Of a DNA stretch of 64,000 nucleotides, positions 51,191-62,600 are shown piece by piece. A program made the translations under genes and the position numbers. Source of the stretch: Pontiella sp. (GTDB taxonomy: Bacteria; Verrucomicrobiota; Kiritimatiellia; Kiritimatiellales; Pontiellaceae); assembly GCA_050290185.1 (NCBI GenBank), contig JBNKHE010000002.1, positions 256,001 through 320,000 of the forward strand. Reading direction: 5' to 3'. A model generated the notes under the pieces. The model saw nothing but the letters and a program-made list of their open reading frames with translations, ran no database searches and was not told the origin of the DNA. Each line of letters begins with the position of its first letter. Positions within the stretch are counted from its first letter, which is position 1.

Positions 51191-52341
51191 TGAATTTTGT
51201 GTTCCCCAACGAACTGCATGTCACCTGGTCGGTGATGATTGTCCTCTACCCCTATATCACGGGCTTGGTTGCGGGGGCGTTTATTGTCTCGTCCCTCTAC
51301 CATGTTTTCGGCAAAAGCGAACTGCGGCCGGTGGCCCGTTTTTCGCTCGCATCAGCCTTCGTCTTTTTGCTGTTCGCGCCGCTCCCGTTGCTGATCCATC
51401 TCGGCCAGCCGGAGCGCGCCTTCAACATCATGATCACACCGCACTTTACCTCCGCCATGGCGGGCTTCGGCTATATTTACACCCTATATCTCATTCTGGT
51501 CATGCTCGAGATATGGTTCGTGATGCGATCGGATTTTATCGCCCGCGCCCAAGGGCACGGCCCCATTGCCTGGCTCTGCCGCTGCATCGTCCTGTTCAAC
51601 TACCGAGAAACCACTGCCACCCGGTTGGCCGACCACCATATTTCCCGCTTCCTGGCGGCCGTCGGCATTCCACTGGCCTGCGTGCTGCATGGCTATGCGG
51701 GCTTCCTCTTCGGCTCACTCAAAGCGAATCCATGGTGGTCCACACCGCTCATGTTCGTGATCTTTATCTTTTCAGCGATTGTGTCCGGCATTTCGGTATT
51801 GATCTTCCACTATTTTGTGGTTTCGAAAGTCAACCGCTGGAAAGTAGATGCGCCCTGCGTGCAATGCATGGCACGGTATCTTTGGGGATTCATGATTATC
51901 GCCGTTTCGCTGGAGATGATGGAACTGCTCTCCATCGTCTACGAGCAGACCGACAAAACCGAAGTACTAGGCGAACTGATTCGCGACAAACTGTTCATCT
52001 CCTACGTAGTTCTGCAGTTCTTGGTCTTCTCGCTTGTGCCGTTTTTCATGCTTGCCGCAAACGCCCTGCTGAAGCTGCGCCAGCGAACCTCGCATCTGCT
52101 GATTTGGCTTTCATCGGTCATGCTGCTCGTACAGGTGTTGCTGATGCGCTGGAACGTCGTGATCGGCGGGCAACTCATTTCCAAATCGATGCGCGGCTTC
52201 ACCAGCTACTTCCCCGGCATCTGGGATCGCGAAGGCCTCATCGCCGCGTTCGTTCTGCTCACCCTGCCCTTCCTGATCCTCTACGTCTTCCACCGCGTGG
52301 TGTCGCTCTTCCCCGATGCTGAAATAGCGAAGAAGGATTGA
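51190..52341 (+). CDS. NrfD/PsrC-family membrane quinol-interacting subunit
   Basis: TAATG overlap with the preceding gene; W...IVLYPYITGL-x-AG, HLGQPER, multiple TM helices, RWNVVIGGQ. Confidence 0.9.
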   Translation: MNFVFPNELHVTWSVMIVLYPYITGLVAGAFIVSSLYHVFGKSELRPVARFSLASAFVFLLFAPLPLLIHLGQPERAFNIMITPHFTSAMAGFGYIYTLYLILVMLEIWFVMRSDFIARAQGHGPIAWLCRCIVLFNYRETTATRLADHHISRFLAAVGIPLACVLHGYAGFLFGSLKANPWWSTPLMFVIFIFSAIVSGISVLIFHYFVVSKVNRWKVDAPCVQCMARYLWGFMIIAVSLEMMELLSIVYEQTDKTEVLGELIRDKLFISYVVLQFLVFSLVPFFMLAANALLKLRQRTSHLLIWLSSVMLLVQVLLMRWNVVIGGQLISKSMRGFTSYFPGIWDREGLIAAFVLLTLPFLILYVFHRVVSLFPDAEIAKKD

Positions 52342-52369
52342 CCAGCAATTGGAGCACGGTCAGCAAACA

Positions 52370-53230
52370 TTAGGGGCTTCCATCCGTGTCGAAATAGTCA
52401 ACGCGAAGCGCCTCTTTATTTTGAGAGTACCATGTGGTCCACTCATCCAGGGTATCAAATGACTCGCCAGTCATGACCTCAAGATCCCAAAGGATATTCC
52501 CTCGCTCCTCCCCATTCGACGAAGAGGCCATGTCATGCATTAGCTCGAAGGCAATATAGGGATGAAAGCCCAAAAGCTCTTCAGCAATGCGAACATTCTG
52601 GGTTTTATCGGATTCGGAAATCGTATTCAGCAACTTAAGCTTGGCTTGGTCGTTCGGAAGATCGCCCAGACATGCCCAAAAACTTTCGGTTGCTTCTCGG
52701 GCAAGATCACTGTCAGCATCCCGCATCATGTCCGCCAAGTCGTAAACGGCTTCAATACCGATCCAATCCAATGTTTCGTAAACTTGCCAGCGGACAGCAG
52801 CATTGGAGCTGGAAATCAATTTTCTGGCTTCAGCAAGCGCAGCAGAGAAGTCGCCATCGTCTAGACAGCTTGTCATATCTGCGCAGCGGTCCATCGCCTC
52901 TTTGAGATTGGCCAACTCTTGCTCTGAGAGCACATGCGTCCCTCCCTCCGACATTTCCCGTCGGGTCTTTATTTTATCTCGAAACGCCGCTTTGACCACT
53001 TGTTTCTTTGCAAGATTATGCCTCGACTGCGCGTTCACATCCGACTGATGAAAGGGTGGTGATTGCAAGGAATACCGGTTCTCCCCAGATTCCGGGAGTC
53101 TTTCCATAGTTGATTGGGAGGGAGGTTCAGAGGGGAAACTATTTTTCCGGCTCAAAATCATTAAGGCAATCGCCGCCCCTCCCAGAATCAACAGAACCGC
53201 GATTCCAACCTGGAACCTTCGTATTCGCAT
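52370..53230 (-). CDS. Hypothetical protein with N-terminal membrane anchor and HEAT-like helical region
   Basis: MRIRRFQ plus hydrophobic segment; helical repeats; ends W-x-x-W pattern. Confidence 0.55.
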   Translation of the reverse strand: MRIRRFQVGIAVLLILGGAAIALMILSRKNSFPSEPPSQSTMERLPESGENRYSLQSPPFHQSDVNAQSRHNLAKKQVVKAAFRDKIKTRREMSEGGTHVLSEQELANLKEAMDRCADMTSCLDDGDFSAALAEARKLISSSNAAVRWQVYETLDWIGIEAVYDLADMMRDADSDLAREATESFWACLGDLPNDQAKLKLLNTISESDKTQNVRIAEELLGFHPYIAFELMHDMASSSNGEERGNILWDLEVMTGESFDTLDEWTTWYSQNKEALRVDYFDTDGSP

Positions 53231-53297
53231 GCAGACCTTTCGAATAAAAAAGAGGGCTGGAATAATCCAACCCTTCCACAAACACGGAATAAATCGA

Positions 53298-53918
53298 TTA
53301 CTCTCCGCCCGTAGTCCAGCCCCAGTTGAAATCGACTTCGCTAACCTTTGACTTGGCCGCAACCACCTGCTCCATGAAGATTTGTGCATCTTCTGCCGCA
53401 TTAATTTTCTCGGTCAGCGTCTTGTTCTGCTTAATGATGACTGAACGAGCATATCCTCCATAGAACTCACCGACCTGAACCTGTCCGGCTCCCTTCGCGG
53501 TAACCCGCCAGTTGCTCGTGTGTGTTGCGTAGTATGAGGTTAAGGTGTATTTCCCGAGAGTGGATCCCCAAATATTCAGGTCTCCTTGGAAGATATCGAA
53601 CCAGATCTCCATAACACCGGATTCCCAAGCGCCAGATTCATCTTCGTTGAAGGTATTGGCATAGGTGTAGATCTCCACTTGGCAGTCATCCTGCAGGTAC
53701 AAACCTTTCTCATACCCGATAAAGGTTGCATTTCCAGAACCCTCCTCAAACACCAAGAACCCGTGGAGGGAGCCCGATCCGATTATGTACATTTCTTTGT
53801 TGTTCACGTCCACGGTTTTGCCGCCAATCCTGACATCGAATACCTGATAAGATAGCGGTGCCGCGAGCGAAACTCCGGCGATAGCTGCAACAACCAAACT
53901 AGCCAACCATTTTTTCAT
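53298..53918 (-). CDS. Hypothetical secreted protein
   Basis: AGGAG RBS; signal peptide MKKWLASLVVAAIAGVSLA. Confidence 0.65.
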   Translation of the reverse strand: MKKWLASLVVAAIAGVSLAAPLSYQVFDVRIGGKTVDVNNKEMYIIGSGSLHGFLVFEEGSGNATFIGYEKGLYLQDDCQVEIYTYANTFNEDESGAWESGVMEIWFDIFQGDLNIWGSTLGKYTLTSYYATHTSNWRVTAKGAGQVQVGEFYGGYARSVIIKQNKTLTEKINAAEDAQIFMEQVVAAKSKVSEVDFNWGWTTGGE

Positions 53919-54197
53919 TCCAAAATTCTCCTATTCCTGACCGACCAGAGATTCGCCAGAATGCCCCTAGCAATCCTGAATGAACGCTTCCCTGAAATTA
54001 AAAAGTTACCCGCACCCTTGGAATTATCAACCCAAATACATTAAAAACCCAATAATTGCTTCATTTCAGAGGCGCATCTGTGACTTATAGATCCACCCCG
54101 CTGCTTGGGTATTATCCAATTGATCCCGAAATCCTGTCAGACATGATCTACACCAAATGATAGAGGCGCTTCAACTGATCGCGCGGGACGCGCCGCC

Positions 54198-54309
54198 CTA
54201 AAAAAATCCGCCGGCGTTTTGCAATAGATTTTCGGGAATCTCCGCAAGGAAGCGCGAGGGATCAAGGAAGATCATGCCGCCGTCGCGTTGGCGGCGCACC
54301 ATCGTCGAG
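54198..54309 (-). pseudogene. Orphan copy of the last ~36 codons of the UvrD/PcrA helicase gene (direct repeat of 63169-63280)
   Basis: STMVRRQRDGGMIFLDPSRFLAEIPENLLQNAGGFF* versus SPMVRRQRDGGMIFLDPSRFISEIPEDLLQNDGGFF*. Confidence 0.9.
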
Positions 54310-54408
54310 AGCGCCCTCGCAAAACGGAGCGGCTTGGCCGCGCGAGGCTTCTTGTGGCCCAAAGCCCTTTCTTCTGGTTCTCGATAGTTAATGGCCGGAA
54401 AATACATA

Positions 54409-56376
54409 TCAGGGTTCCGCGCGGACGCGGAAAAATTTATTGCTGGAATCGACCGGGAAGGTCCATGAAACGCTGTCGCCGGCATTCGTCCAGTTGTTCA
54501 GGTCGTTGGACGCTTCCATCTGAAGCGACAGGTTGGCCGTTCCGTTGGAGACCGCCATGCCGATATCGCCGACATGCAGGTCCAGCACGCTGTTGGTGTC
54601 GTAGTATCCGTAGGCATTGGCATTGCTCTGGACATAGGCGCCGAGAAAGGCCGTGTTGTTGATGGTGGGCGACAGGCCGAGCTGCACTTCGTAGCCGTCG
54701 TCATAGCCATCGCCGTCTGAATCGGGAACTTCCGGGTCGGTTTCAAAGACCATCCGTTCCTGGGCATCGCTGAGTTGGTCGCCATCCGTATCGATCATTT
54801 CGTATGCGCCCATGTCCACGGTGCTGTTGATTATCCGGCTGAGCCCGTCGAGGTCGGGGCCGACGGTCGCGCCGTTGAGTCCTGCATCTACGCCGGGAGA
54901 GCCGTACGCAAGGCGGTAGTTGCCGTGTTTCTCATCGGCAAAGACCGGTGCATTCGTGATGTTTCCATTCACGCCATGCGTCGCGCCTGCGTAGCAGGAG
55001 TTTACCAGCGTGCTGCCTGAGACGGTATTCCCGTACACCACACAATTGGTTAGTACAGATGAACCGACCCCCCACGACGTTGGCGTTGGGCCATTCCCAA
55101 CGATTGTGCAGTTCACAGCAACAGAATTTGCAAGTCCTCCTGCTGCAGAATAGGTGGCTTTGTTGTTCAGGATAAGGCAATTGTAAAGCCAACTATCAGA
55201 AACCGCGGCTCGATTAAAGGTCTCGCCATCCTGAATAACGCAATTGAAGAGGCTTACCCCGCTGTTAAGATCGCCAGCCCCGCCAACCAGTGAGGAGCCG
55301 GCGCTTGCGCTTCTGCAATCTCGAATGACGCAGTTGGATACAATGTTATCCGACTCATTTGCGTTAACGGCATAGACACTGGCTTCTATTATGGACACGC
55401 CCTCCAGTTTGGCCTGCCAGTCCATCTTTAAACCGGGATACGTGTATGAAACGCCATCAAGAATCGTTGCGTCTGGCCCATTCACGCTCTTGACCGTCAC
55501 CATTTGAGGAATAGTGAGGTATTTCAACCCCGTTTCGCCTTCATTTGGGTCCACTGAGAATGTGCCGTTGGTCATCAGCACGGTATCGCCTGCCTTTGCC
55601 TCGAGGAGAGCATAAACGAGGTCTTGCGCTGCCGATGCCCAGCTGGTGTAGGGGGCTGTACCGTTGCCAGCTTTTGATACATAAATCGTTTTCGGATTCG
55701 GATTGCTGGCTACCAAGAGCTCTAGCCGTTCCAATGGGCGGTTATAGAAGCGCAGCTCTTTCAATGCGCCCTTCAGATAGCCATCCACATCCCACGCCGA
55801 GCGGCCTAGAAAATTATTCGTGCGGGTGATGTAAGTCGGCAGGGTCCTGTCACTGCTTCCTATGTGTACCCCGTTTCGGTAGAGCGTTACATGACCGTTG
55901 GATTCTTGCACCAACGCGATATGATCCCATTGCCCCTGTACATAAACGCTGGGCACTTTCCATCCCCCGGGGCCGGGACGCACGTCATAAACCAGTGAAT
56001 TGATGAATCCCTCATGGCCTAAGATAATGTTGTTGTTGTCCAGCCCGAGGCTGAAATCAAACACGCGGGAATAGTTCTCATTGAACGAATCATAGCGCAC
56101 CCAGCCCGTGAAACTGAACCCATTGGTGAAGTTGTCGAACCCATCCGGCAGATCGATCCACGCATTGGTGGTCCCATCAAAGACGGCCGCGCCGTTGGCG
56201 AAGGTCACGCCCGACATCACGGTTCCATCCATGCCGTTGCCCGAAGCATCCACGGCATTGGTCGTTAACGGATAATAGGCAATCAGCCCTGCATCCAGGT
56301 CAAACGCACTGGAGGTCACGCACGTGAACAGGAATGCCGATATCGTGGCACAAAATAGGCGAATCTGTATTTTCAT
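54409..56376 (-). CDS. Secreted protein: LamG domain, beta-helix/choice-of-anchor-Q-like region, TSP3-like motifs, C-terminal putative sorting domain
   Basis: GAGG RBS and signal peptide; LamG; YRL...SP-x-x-DAG...DLDG-x-x-RI...VDMGAYE; DTDGD; ends KFFRVRAEP. Confidence 0.8.
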   Translation of the reverse strand: MKIQIRLFCATISAFLFTCVTSSAFDLDAGLIAYYPLTTNAVDASGNGMDGTVMSGVTFANGAAVFDGTTNAWIDLPDGFDNFTNGFSFTGWVRYDSFNENYSRVFDFSLGLDNNNIILGHEGFINSLVYDVRPGPGGWKVPSVYVQGQWDHIALVQESNGHVTLYRNGVHIGSSDRTLPTYITRTNNFLGRSAWDVDGYLKGALKELRFYNRPLERLELLVASNPNPKTIYVSKAGNGTAPYTSWASAAQDLVYALLEAKAGDTVLMTNGTFSVDPNEGETGLKYLTIPQMVTVKSVNGPDATILDGVSYTYPGLKMDWQAKLEGVSIIEASVYAVNANESDNIVSNCVIRDCRSASAGSSLVGGAGDLNSGVSLFNCVIQDGETFNRAAVSDSWLYNCLILNNKATYSAAGGLANSVAVNCTIVGNGPTPTSWGVGSSVLTNCVVYGNTVSGSTLVNSCYAGATHGVNGNITNAPVFADEKHGNYRLAYGSPGVDAGLNGATVGPDLDGLSRIINSTVDMGAYEMIDTDGDQLSDAQERMVFETDPEVPDSDGDGYDDGYEVQLGLSPTINNTAFLGAYVQSNANAYGYYDTNSVLDLHVGDIGMAVSNGTANLSLQMEASNDLNNWTNAGDSVSWTFPVDSSNKFFRVRAEP

Positions 56377-56392
56377 GTCTCTATTCCTCAAT

Positions 56393-56499
56393 GGTCAATG
56401 CCGCGCTGAGCTGCGCCCGGAACGAAGCTATGTGGCGCACGCCAGCTTGTGTCCACACAGTGGAATGAGTGGTCCGTCAGTTCAAGCACAATGATCTCC
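56393..56499 (-). other. Degenerate attC-like imperfect palindrome
   Basis: Minus strand GGAGATC-N5-GCTTGAAC...GCTCAGC-N5-ATTGACC, 107 bp; box spacing and extra-helical base resemble attC, but the AAC and GTT triplets are each mismatched. Confidence 0.3.
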
Positions 56500-56608
56500 G
56501 GCGAAGCCGGAGGGCAATGGCTTGAAGCAGGGCAGCGAGGCTGCCTTATGGGATAGTCAAAATACCGGGCCAACCCCATTTCGGAACAGTCACCCTACCC
56601 ATGCCATG

Positions 56609-59600
56609 CTAGTGCAAAGAAACCTCGACCCTGTAGAAACAGGCCGGTAGCTGGTTGGTATCCGAAAGCATGGTGCCGGGACCGGTACCGGGGAAGAAGG
56701 ACTGGCCTTGAACCGGTTGCCACCCCGTCGAATTCGCCAGGTTCGTGCTCCAGTAAAGCGTATAGAAGCGCGCCGGGGAGCCGGTAAAGGTAAAGGTGTT
56801 GCTGGAACCCAGGATCGCTTGTTCAATCCGGAAGCGATCGCCCGGATTCTGCGGATCGGTATCGGCCACATATTCGGCGTAGGCGTTCGCGCCATCCCCG
56901 TCGACATCGAGCGCGGCATCGGCCGAATTGGTTGGGTTCAGGCTGTGGGCAACCTCCCACCCATCGGGCAACCCATCCGAATCCGAATCGGGATTCAGCG
57001 GGTCCAACGTTGCGGAGAGCGCCAGACTGTGCCCCGTGCCGGCGGAGATGGCTATTGCATGGGTCGCGGAGGCAGGAATCGTGGTCTGGCCAGTGGTATC
57101 ATCTCCCCATCCGACCACCGAACCATCGGCCAGCAGCGCCAGATTGTGATAAAGTCCGGAGGCGATAGCCACCGCGTTGGTCACGGACGCAGGCACAGTG
57201 GTTTGACCGTAGGAGTTGTCTCCCCATGCAATGACCGAGCCGTCGGCCAGCAGCGCCAGACTGTGAAATAATCCGGCGGAGATGGCTTCCGCGTTGGTCA
57301 CGGAGGCGGGAATCGCGGTTTGCCCAAAATCATGCCGGCCCCATCCGATCACCGAGCCGTCGGCCAGCAGCGCCAGACTGTGTCCTGATCCGGCGGCGAT
57401 GGACACCGCGTTGGTCACGGAGGCGGGAACTGTGGTCTGGCCATAGCCATTATATCCCCATCCGATCACCGAACCGTCGGCCAGCAGCGCCAGACTGTGA
57501 CTTCCTCCGGAGGTAATGGCCACCACGTTGGTTGCTGAAGCGGGCACATTGGTCTGGCCATTGAAACCATATCCCCATGCGATCACCGAGCCGTCGGCCA
57601 GCAGTGCCAGACTGTGAAGTCCTCCAGCGGCGATGGCCACTGCGTTGCTCACGGAGGAGGGGACGTTGGTTTGACCGTTATCATTCCAACCCCATGCGAT
57701 CACAGAGCCGTCGGTCAGCAGCGCCAGGTTGTGATTCCATCCCGCGGCAACGGCGACCGCATGGGTTGCGGAGACGGGAATCGTGATCTGGCCAGCGCTA
57801 TTATCGCCCCATGCAATGATCTCCGGCATCTCAAGCAGGTCGTCAAGGCCATCGGAATCGCTATCTGCCTTGAGTGGATTCGTTCCAAGGTAATGGATCT
57901 CCATGTAGTCCGTAATCGTGTCGGAATCGCTGTCGGCATTCAGCGGATCGGTTCCGTATTTGTTCACCTCATCGATATCACTTAGCCCATCTGAATCGGA
58001 ATCCAGCCCGACGTTGCTTACCAGAGGATCGAGTCCGGAATTAACTTCCTGGCCGTCGAGCAACCCATCGGAATCCGAATCGGAATTCAGCGGATTGGTT
58101 CCAACCGTGTTGACTTCCGCGCCGTCGGTTAAGCCATCTAAATCAGAATCAGAATCCAGCGGATCGGTTCCGTAGGTGTTCACCTCATCCAGATCACTTA
58201 GTCCATCCGAATCGGAATCCAGCCCGACGTTGCTTACCGTTGGATCGAGTCCGAGATTGATTTCCTGTGCATCGGACAATCCATCGGAATCCGTATCCTC
58301 CTTCAGCGGATTGGTTCCATACGTGTTGACCTCCGCGCCATCGGACAACCCATCGGAATCCGAATCGGGATTCATCGGATCGGTACCGTAGGCGTTAACC
58401 TCTTCGCCATCCAGCAATCCATCTGAATCCATATCGGCATTCAGTGGATCGAATGTTGCGGAGAGCGTCAAGCAATGGAATTGTCCAGCGGAGATCTCCC
58501 GTGCATTGGTAACGGAGACGGGTACATTGGTTTGGCCATAATCGTTCCGTCCCCAACCGATCACCGAACGGTCAGCCAGCAATGCCAGACTGTAATTTCC
58601 TCCGGCGGCAACGGCCACCGCATTGGTCACAGAAGCAGGAGACGTGTTCTCGCCATACCCATTATAACCCCATCCGATGATCGAACCATCGGCCCGCAGC
58701 GCCAGACTATGATTCTTTCCCGCGGCAATGACCACCGCGTTGGTTGCGGAGACGGGGACGGTGCTTTCGCCATTGGCATTAAAACCCCATCCGATCACCG
58801 ATCCATCGTCCAGCAGCGCCGCGCTGTGATATCCGCCAGCGGCGATGGCCACGGCGTTAGTCACGAAATCGGGCACATTGGTCTGGCTCTGGGAACCACC
58901 TCCCCATCCGATCACCGAGCCGTCGGCCAGCAACGCCAGACTGTGATATCCTCCGGCGGAAATGGCCACTGCATTGGTCACGGCGGCGGGGACGTTGGTC
59001 TGCCCATCATTATTTCGACCCCATCCAACCACCGAGCCGTCGGGCAGCAGCGCCAGGTTGTGATACCATCCGGCGGCAATAGCTACTGCGTTGGTCACCG
59101 AGGAGGGCATATTGGTCTGTCCATAGGTGTCATCTCCCCATGCGGCCACCGAACCGTCGGCCAGCAGCGCCAGACTGTGAGAAAATCCGGCGGCAATGGT
59201 CACCGCGTTGGTCACGGAGGAGGGGACGTTGGTCTCGCCATGACTATTGTTGCCCCATGCAATCAGTTGCGGCAACTCAAGCTGATCGTCAAGGCCATCG
59301 GAATCGCTGTCTACCTTGAGTGGATTGGTTCCAAGATTATGGATCTCTATGTAGTCCGTAATAGTGTCGCCATCACTATCGCGCTTCAATGGATTGGTTC
59401 CATAGGTATTAATTTCCGAGTCATCGTCCAACCCATCCGAATCCGTATCGGGATTCGCCGGATCGGTGCCAAACGTGTTGACTTCCGTACCATCAAGCAA
59501 TCCATCCGAATCGGAATCGACATTCAATGGATCGGTTCCGTATGTGTTCATCTCATCAATATCACTCAATCCATCGGAATCGGAATCCTGCCCGACGTTG

Positions 59601-62600
59601 CTTACCGTTGGATCAAGTCCGGCATTGACTTCCTGAGCATCGGACAATCCATCGGAATCCGTATCCTCCTTCAGCGGATTGGTTCCATATGTATTGACCT
59701 CCGCGCCATCGGACAACCCATCGGAATCCGAATCGGGATTCAGCGGATCGGTTCCATAGGTGTTGACTTCCGCGCCATCGAGCAACCCATCCGAATCCGA
59801 ATCGGAATCCAGTGGGTCCTGCGTTACGGAAAGCGTCAAGCTATGGTAGCTTCCGGCAGCGATGGCTATTGCATGCGGTACAGCAGAGGGCCCCGTGATC
59901 TGGCCATAGTTATCCTTTCCCCATCCGATCACCGAGCCGTCGCCCAGCAGAGCCAGACTATGCGTTTCCCCGGCAGCAATGGCCACCGCATTGGTCACGG
60001 ACGCGGGCACCGTGGTCTGGCCATCGGAACCATATCCCCATGCGATGACCGATCCATTGGACAGCAGCGCCAGGCTGTGCAGTTCTCCGGCAGCAATGGC
60101 CACCGCATTGGTCACGGACGCGGGCACCGTGGTCTGGCCGTTGAAACCATATCCCCATGCAACCACCGTGCCGTTGGACAGCAGAGCCAGGCTGTGAACT
60201 CTTCCGGCGGCGACAGCCACTGCATTGGTCACCGAGGAGGGCACCGTGGCCTGACCATAGTCACTCTGCCCCCATCCAACCACCGAGCCGTTGGACAGCA
60301 GCGCAAGACTATGATATCCACCGGCGGCAATAGCCACCGCATGGGTCACCGAGGCGGGCGCACTGATCTGGCCATAGGTATTATCTCCCCACCCAACCAC
60401 CGAACCGTCGGCCCGTAACGCCAGACCGTGAAAAGATCCGGAGGAGATGGCCACCACATTCGTCGCAGACGCGGGTATGCCTGCATTATCGCCCCATCCG
60501 ATTAGCGACCCATCGGACAGCAGTGCCAGACTTTGATCTCCTCCGGCGGAGATGGACACCGCGTTGGTCACGGAGGCAGGCACATTGAGCTGGCCTCTCC
60601 CATTGATACCGGCTCCAACCACCTGCGGCATCTCAAACTGATCGTCTATTCCATCGGAATCGGAGTCTGCGCTGAGTGGATTCGTTCCCAGATAATGAAT
60701 CTCCATATAGTCTGTAATGGTGTCCCCATCACTATCACGATTCGCAGGATTGGTTCCGTAGGTATTCACCTCATCCAGATCACTCAGCCCATCCGAATCC
60801 GAATCCGCCTTCAGCGGATTGCTTCCGTAGGTGTTCACCTCATCCAGATCACTTAGCCCATCCGAGTCCGAATCCGCCTTCAGTGGATTCGTTCCATACG
60901 TGTTGACTTCCGCACCATCGGACAATCCATCCGAATCCGAATCGGCATTCAGCGGATCCGTTCCAACCGTGTTGACTTCCGTGCCATCGAGCAATCCATC
61001 CGAATCAGAATCAGAATTAAGCGGATCGGTTTCGTAACTGCTCACCTCGTCAATATCACTCAGGCCATCCGAATCCGAATCCAGCCCGACGTTGCTTACC
61101 GTTGGATCAAGCCCGGCATTAACTTCCTGACCATCAAGCAACCCATCCGAATCCGTATCGGGATTCAGCGGATCCAGCGCTATGTTGAGCATCAGGTTGT
61201 GATAGCCTCCGGCGGAGATGCTCATCGCATTGATCACGGAGGCGGGGATGTTGGTTTGGCCATAGTAATTCCATCCCCATCCAAGTACCGAGCCGTCGTC
61301 CAGTAAAGCCAGACTGTGAACGGCTCCGGCGGAGATGGCTGCCCCATTTGTCACCGAGAGCGGGACCGAAGTCTGACCTTGATTATTCTGTCCCCATCCG
61401 ATTACCGAACCGTCGGCCAGCAGCGTCAGATTGTGATTTAATCCTGCGGAGATCGCCACTGCATTGGTCACGGACCCGGGCACAGCGGTTTGACCGTAGG
61501 AGTTGTCTCCCCATGCAATGACCGAGCCGTCGGCCTGTAACGCAAGACTGTGTGACAATCCGGCGGAGATCGCCACGACGTTGGTCACGGAGGAGGGAAT
61601 CGTGGTTTGGCCATAATTATTCCGTCCCCATCCGATCACCGAACCGTTGGACAGCAGCGCAAGACTGTGATTTCCGCCGCCAGCGATGGCCACCGCGTTG
61701 GTCACGGAGGCGGGAACCGTGGTCTGGCCGTCGCCATTCGATCCCCATCCGATCACCGAGCCGTCGCTCAGCAGGGCAAGACTGTGATATCCTCCGGCAG
61801 CGATGTCCACAGCATTGGTCACGGAGGAGGGGACGTTGGTCTCGCCATGACTATTGCTGCCCCATGCAATCACCTGCGGCAACTCAAGCTGATCGTCAAG
61901 GCCATCGGAATCGCTGTCTGCAAGCAACGGGTCCGTTCCTAGATAATGGACCTCCATATAGTCCGTAAGCGTGTCGGAATCACTGTCGCGCTTCAACGGA
62001 TCGGTTTCATAGGTGTTCACCTCGTCTATGTCGGACAGTCCATCCGAATCCGAATCCAGCCCAAGGTTGCTGACGGCCGGGTCCAGCCCATTATCCAGTT
62101 CCTTCTGATTGGTAATTCCATCCCCGTCCATGTCGGCATCCGGATTCAGCGCGGCCACTTCCGATGTACCCAGTGCCCGATTGTAGAAGCGCAGCTCCCT
62201 CAGAGCACCCTTCAGGTAGCCATCCACACCCCACGCCGAGCGGCCCAGAAAATTATTCGTGCGGGTGATGTAAGCCGGTAGGGCCAGCGTGGTACTCGCT
62301 CCTATGTTTACCCCGTTTCGGTAGAGCGATATCTGACCGCTGGATGCTTGCACCAACGCGATATGATCCCATTGCCCCTGTACATAAAAGCTGGGCACGT
62401 CCCATCCCCCGGTGCCGGGACGCACTTCATAAATCAGTGAATTGTTGAATCCCGTATGCCCTAAGAGGATATTGTTGTTGTCCGGCCCGAGGCTGAAATC
62501 AAACACGCGGGAATAGTTCTCATCGAACGAATCATAGCGCACCCAGCCCGTGAAACTGAAACCATTGGTGAAGTTGTCGAACCCATCCGGCAGATCGATC

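Noticed and set aside
54068..54170. AGAGGCGC twice, resembling a lysine riboswitch 5' motif
   Set aside because: Wrong strand for the neighbouring genes, no supporting helices and no lysine-related gene.
54198..54485. 95-aa ORF as a real gene
   Set aside because: Only its last ~36 codons are meaningful (helicase tail copy); the rest overlaps the LamG gene end and has no RBS.
58475..60418. 647-aa repetitive plus-strand ORF
   Set aside because: Mirror of the RCC1/TSP3 repeats on the minus strand.
57000..62160. Regular ~111-bp and ~69-bp DNA repeats as a possible CRISPR array or DGR
   Set aside because: They are in-frame protein repeats with third-position variation; there is no repeat-spacer structure and no cas or reverse transcriptase gene.
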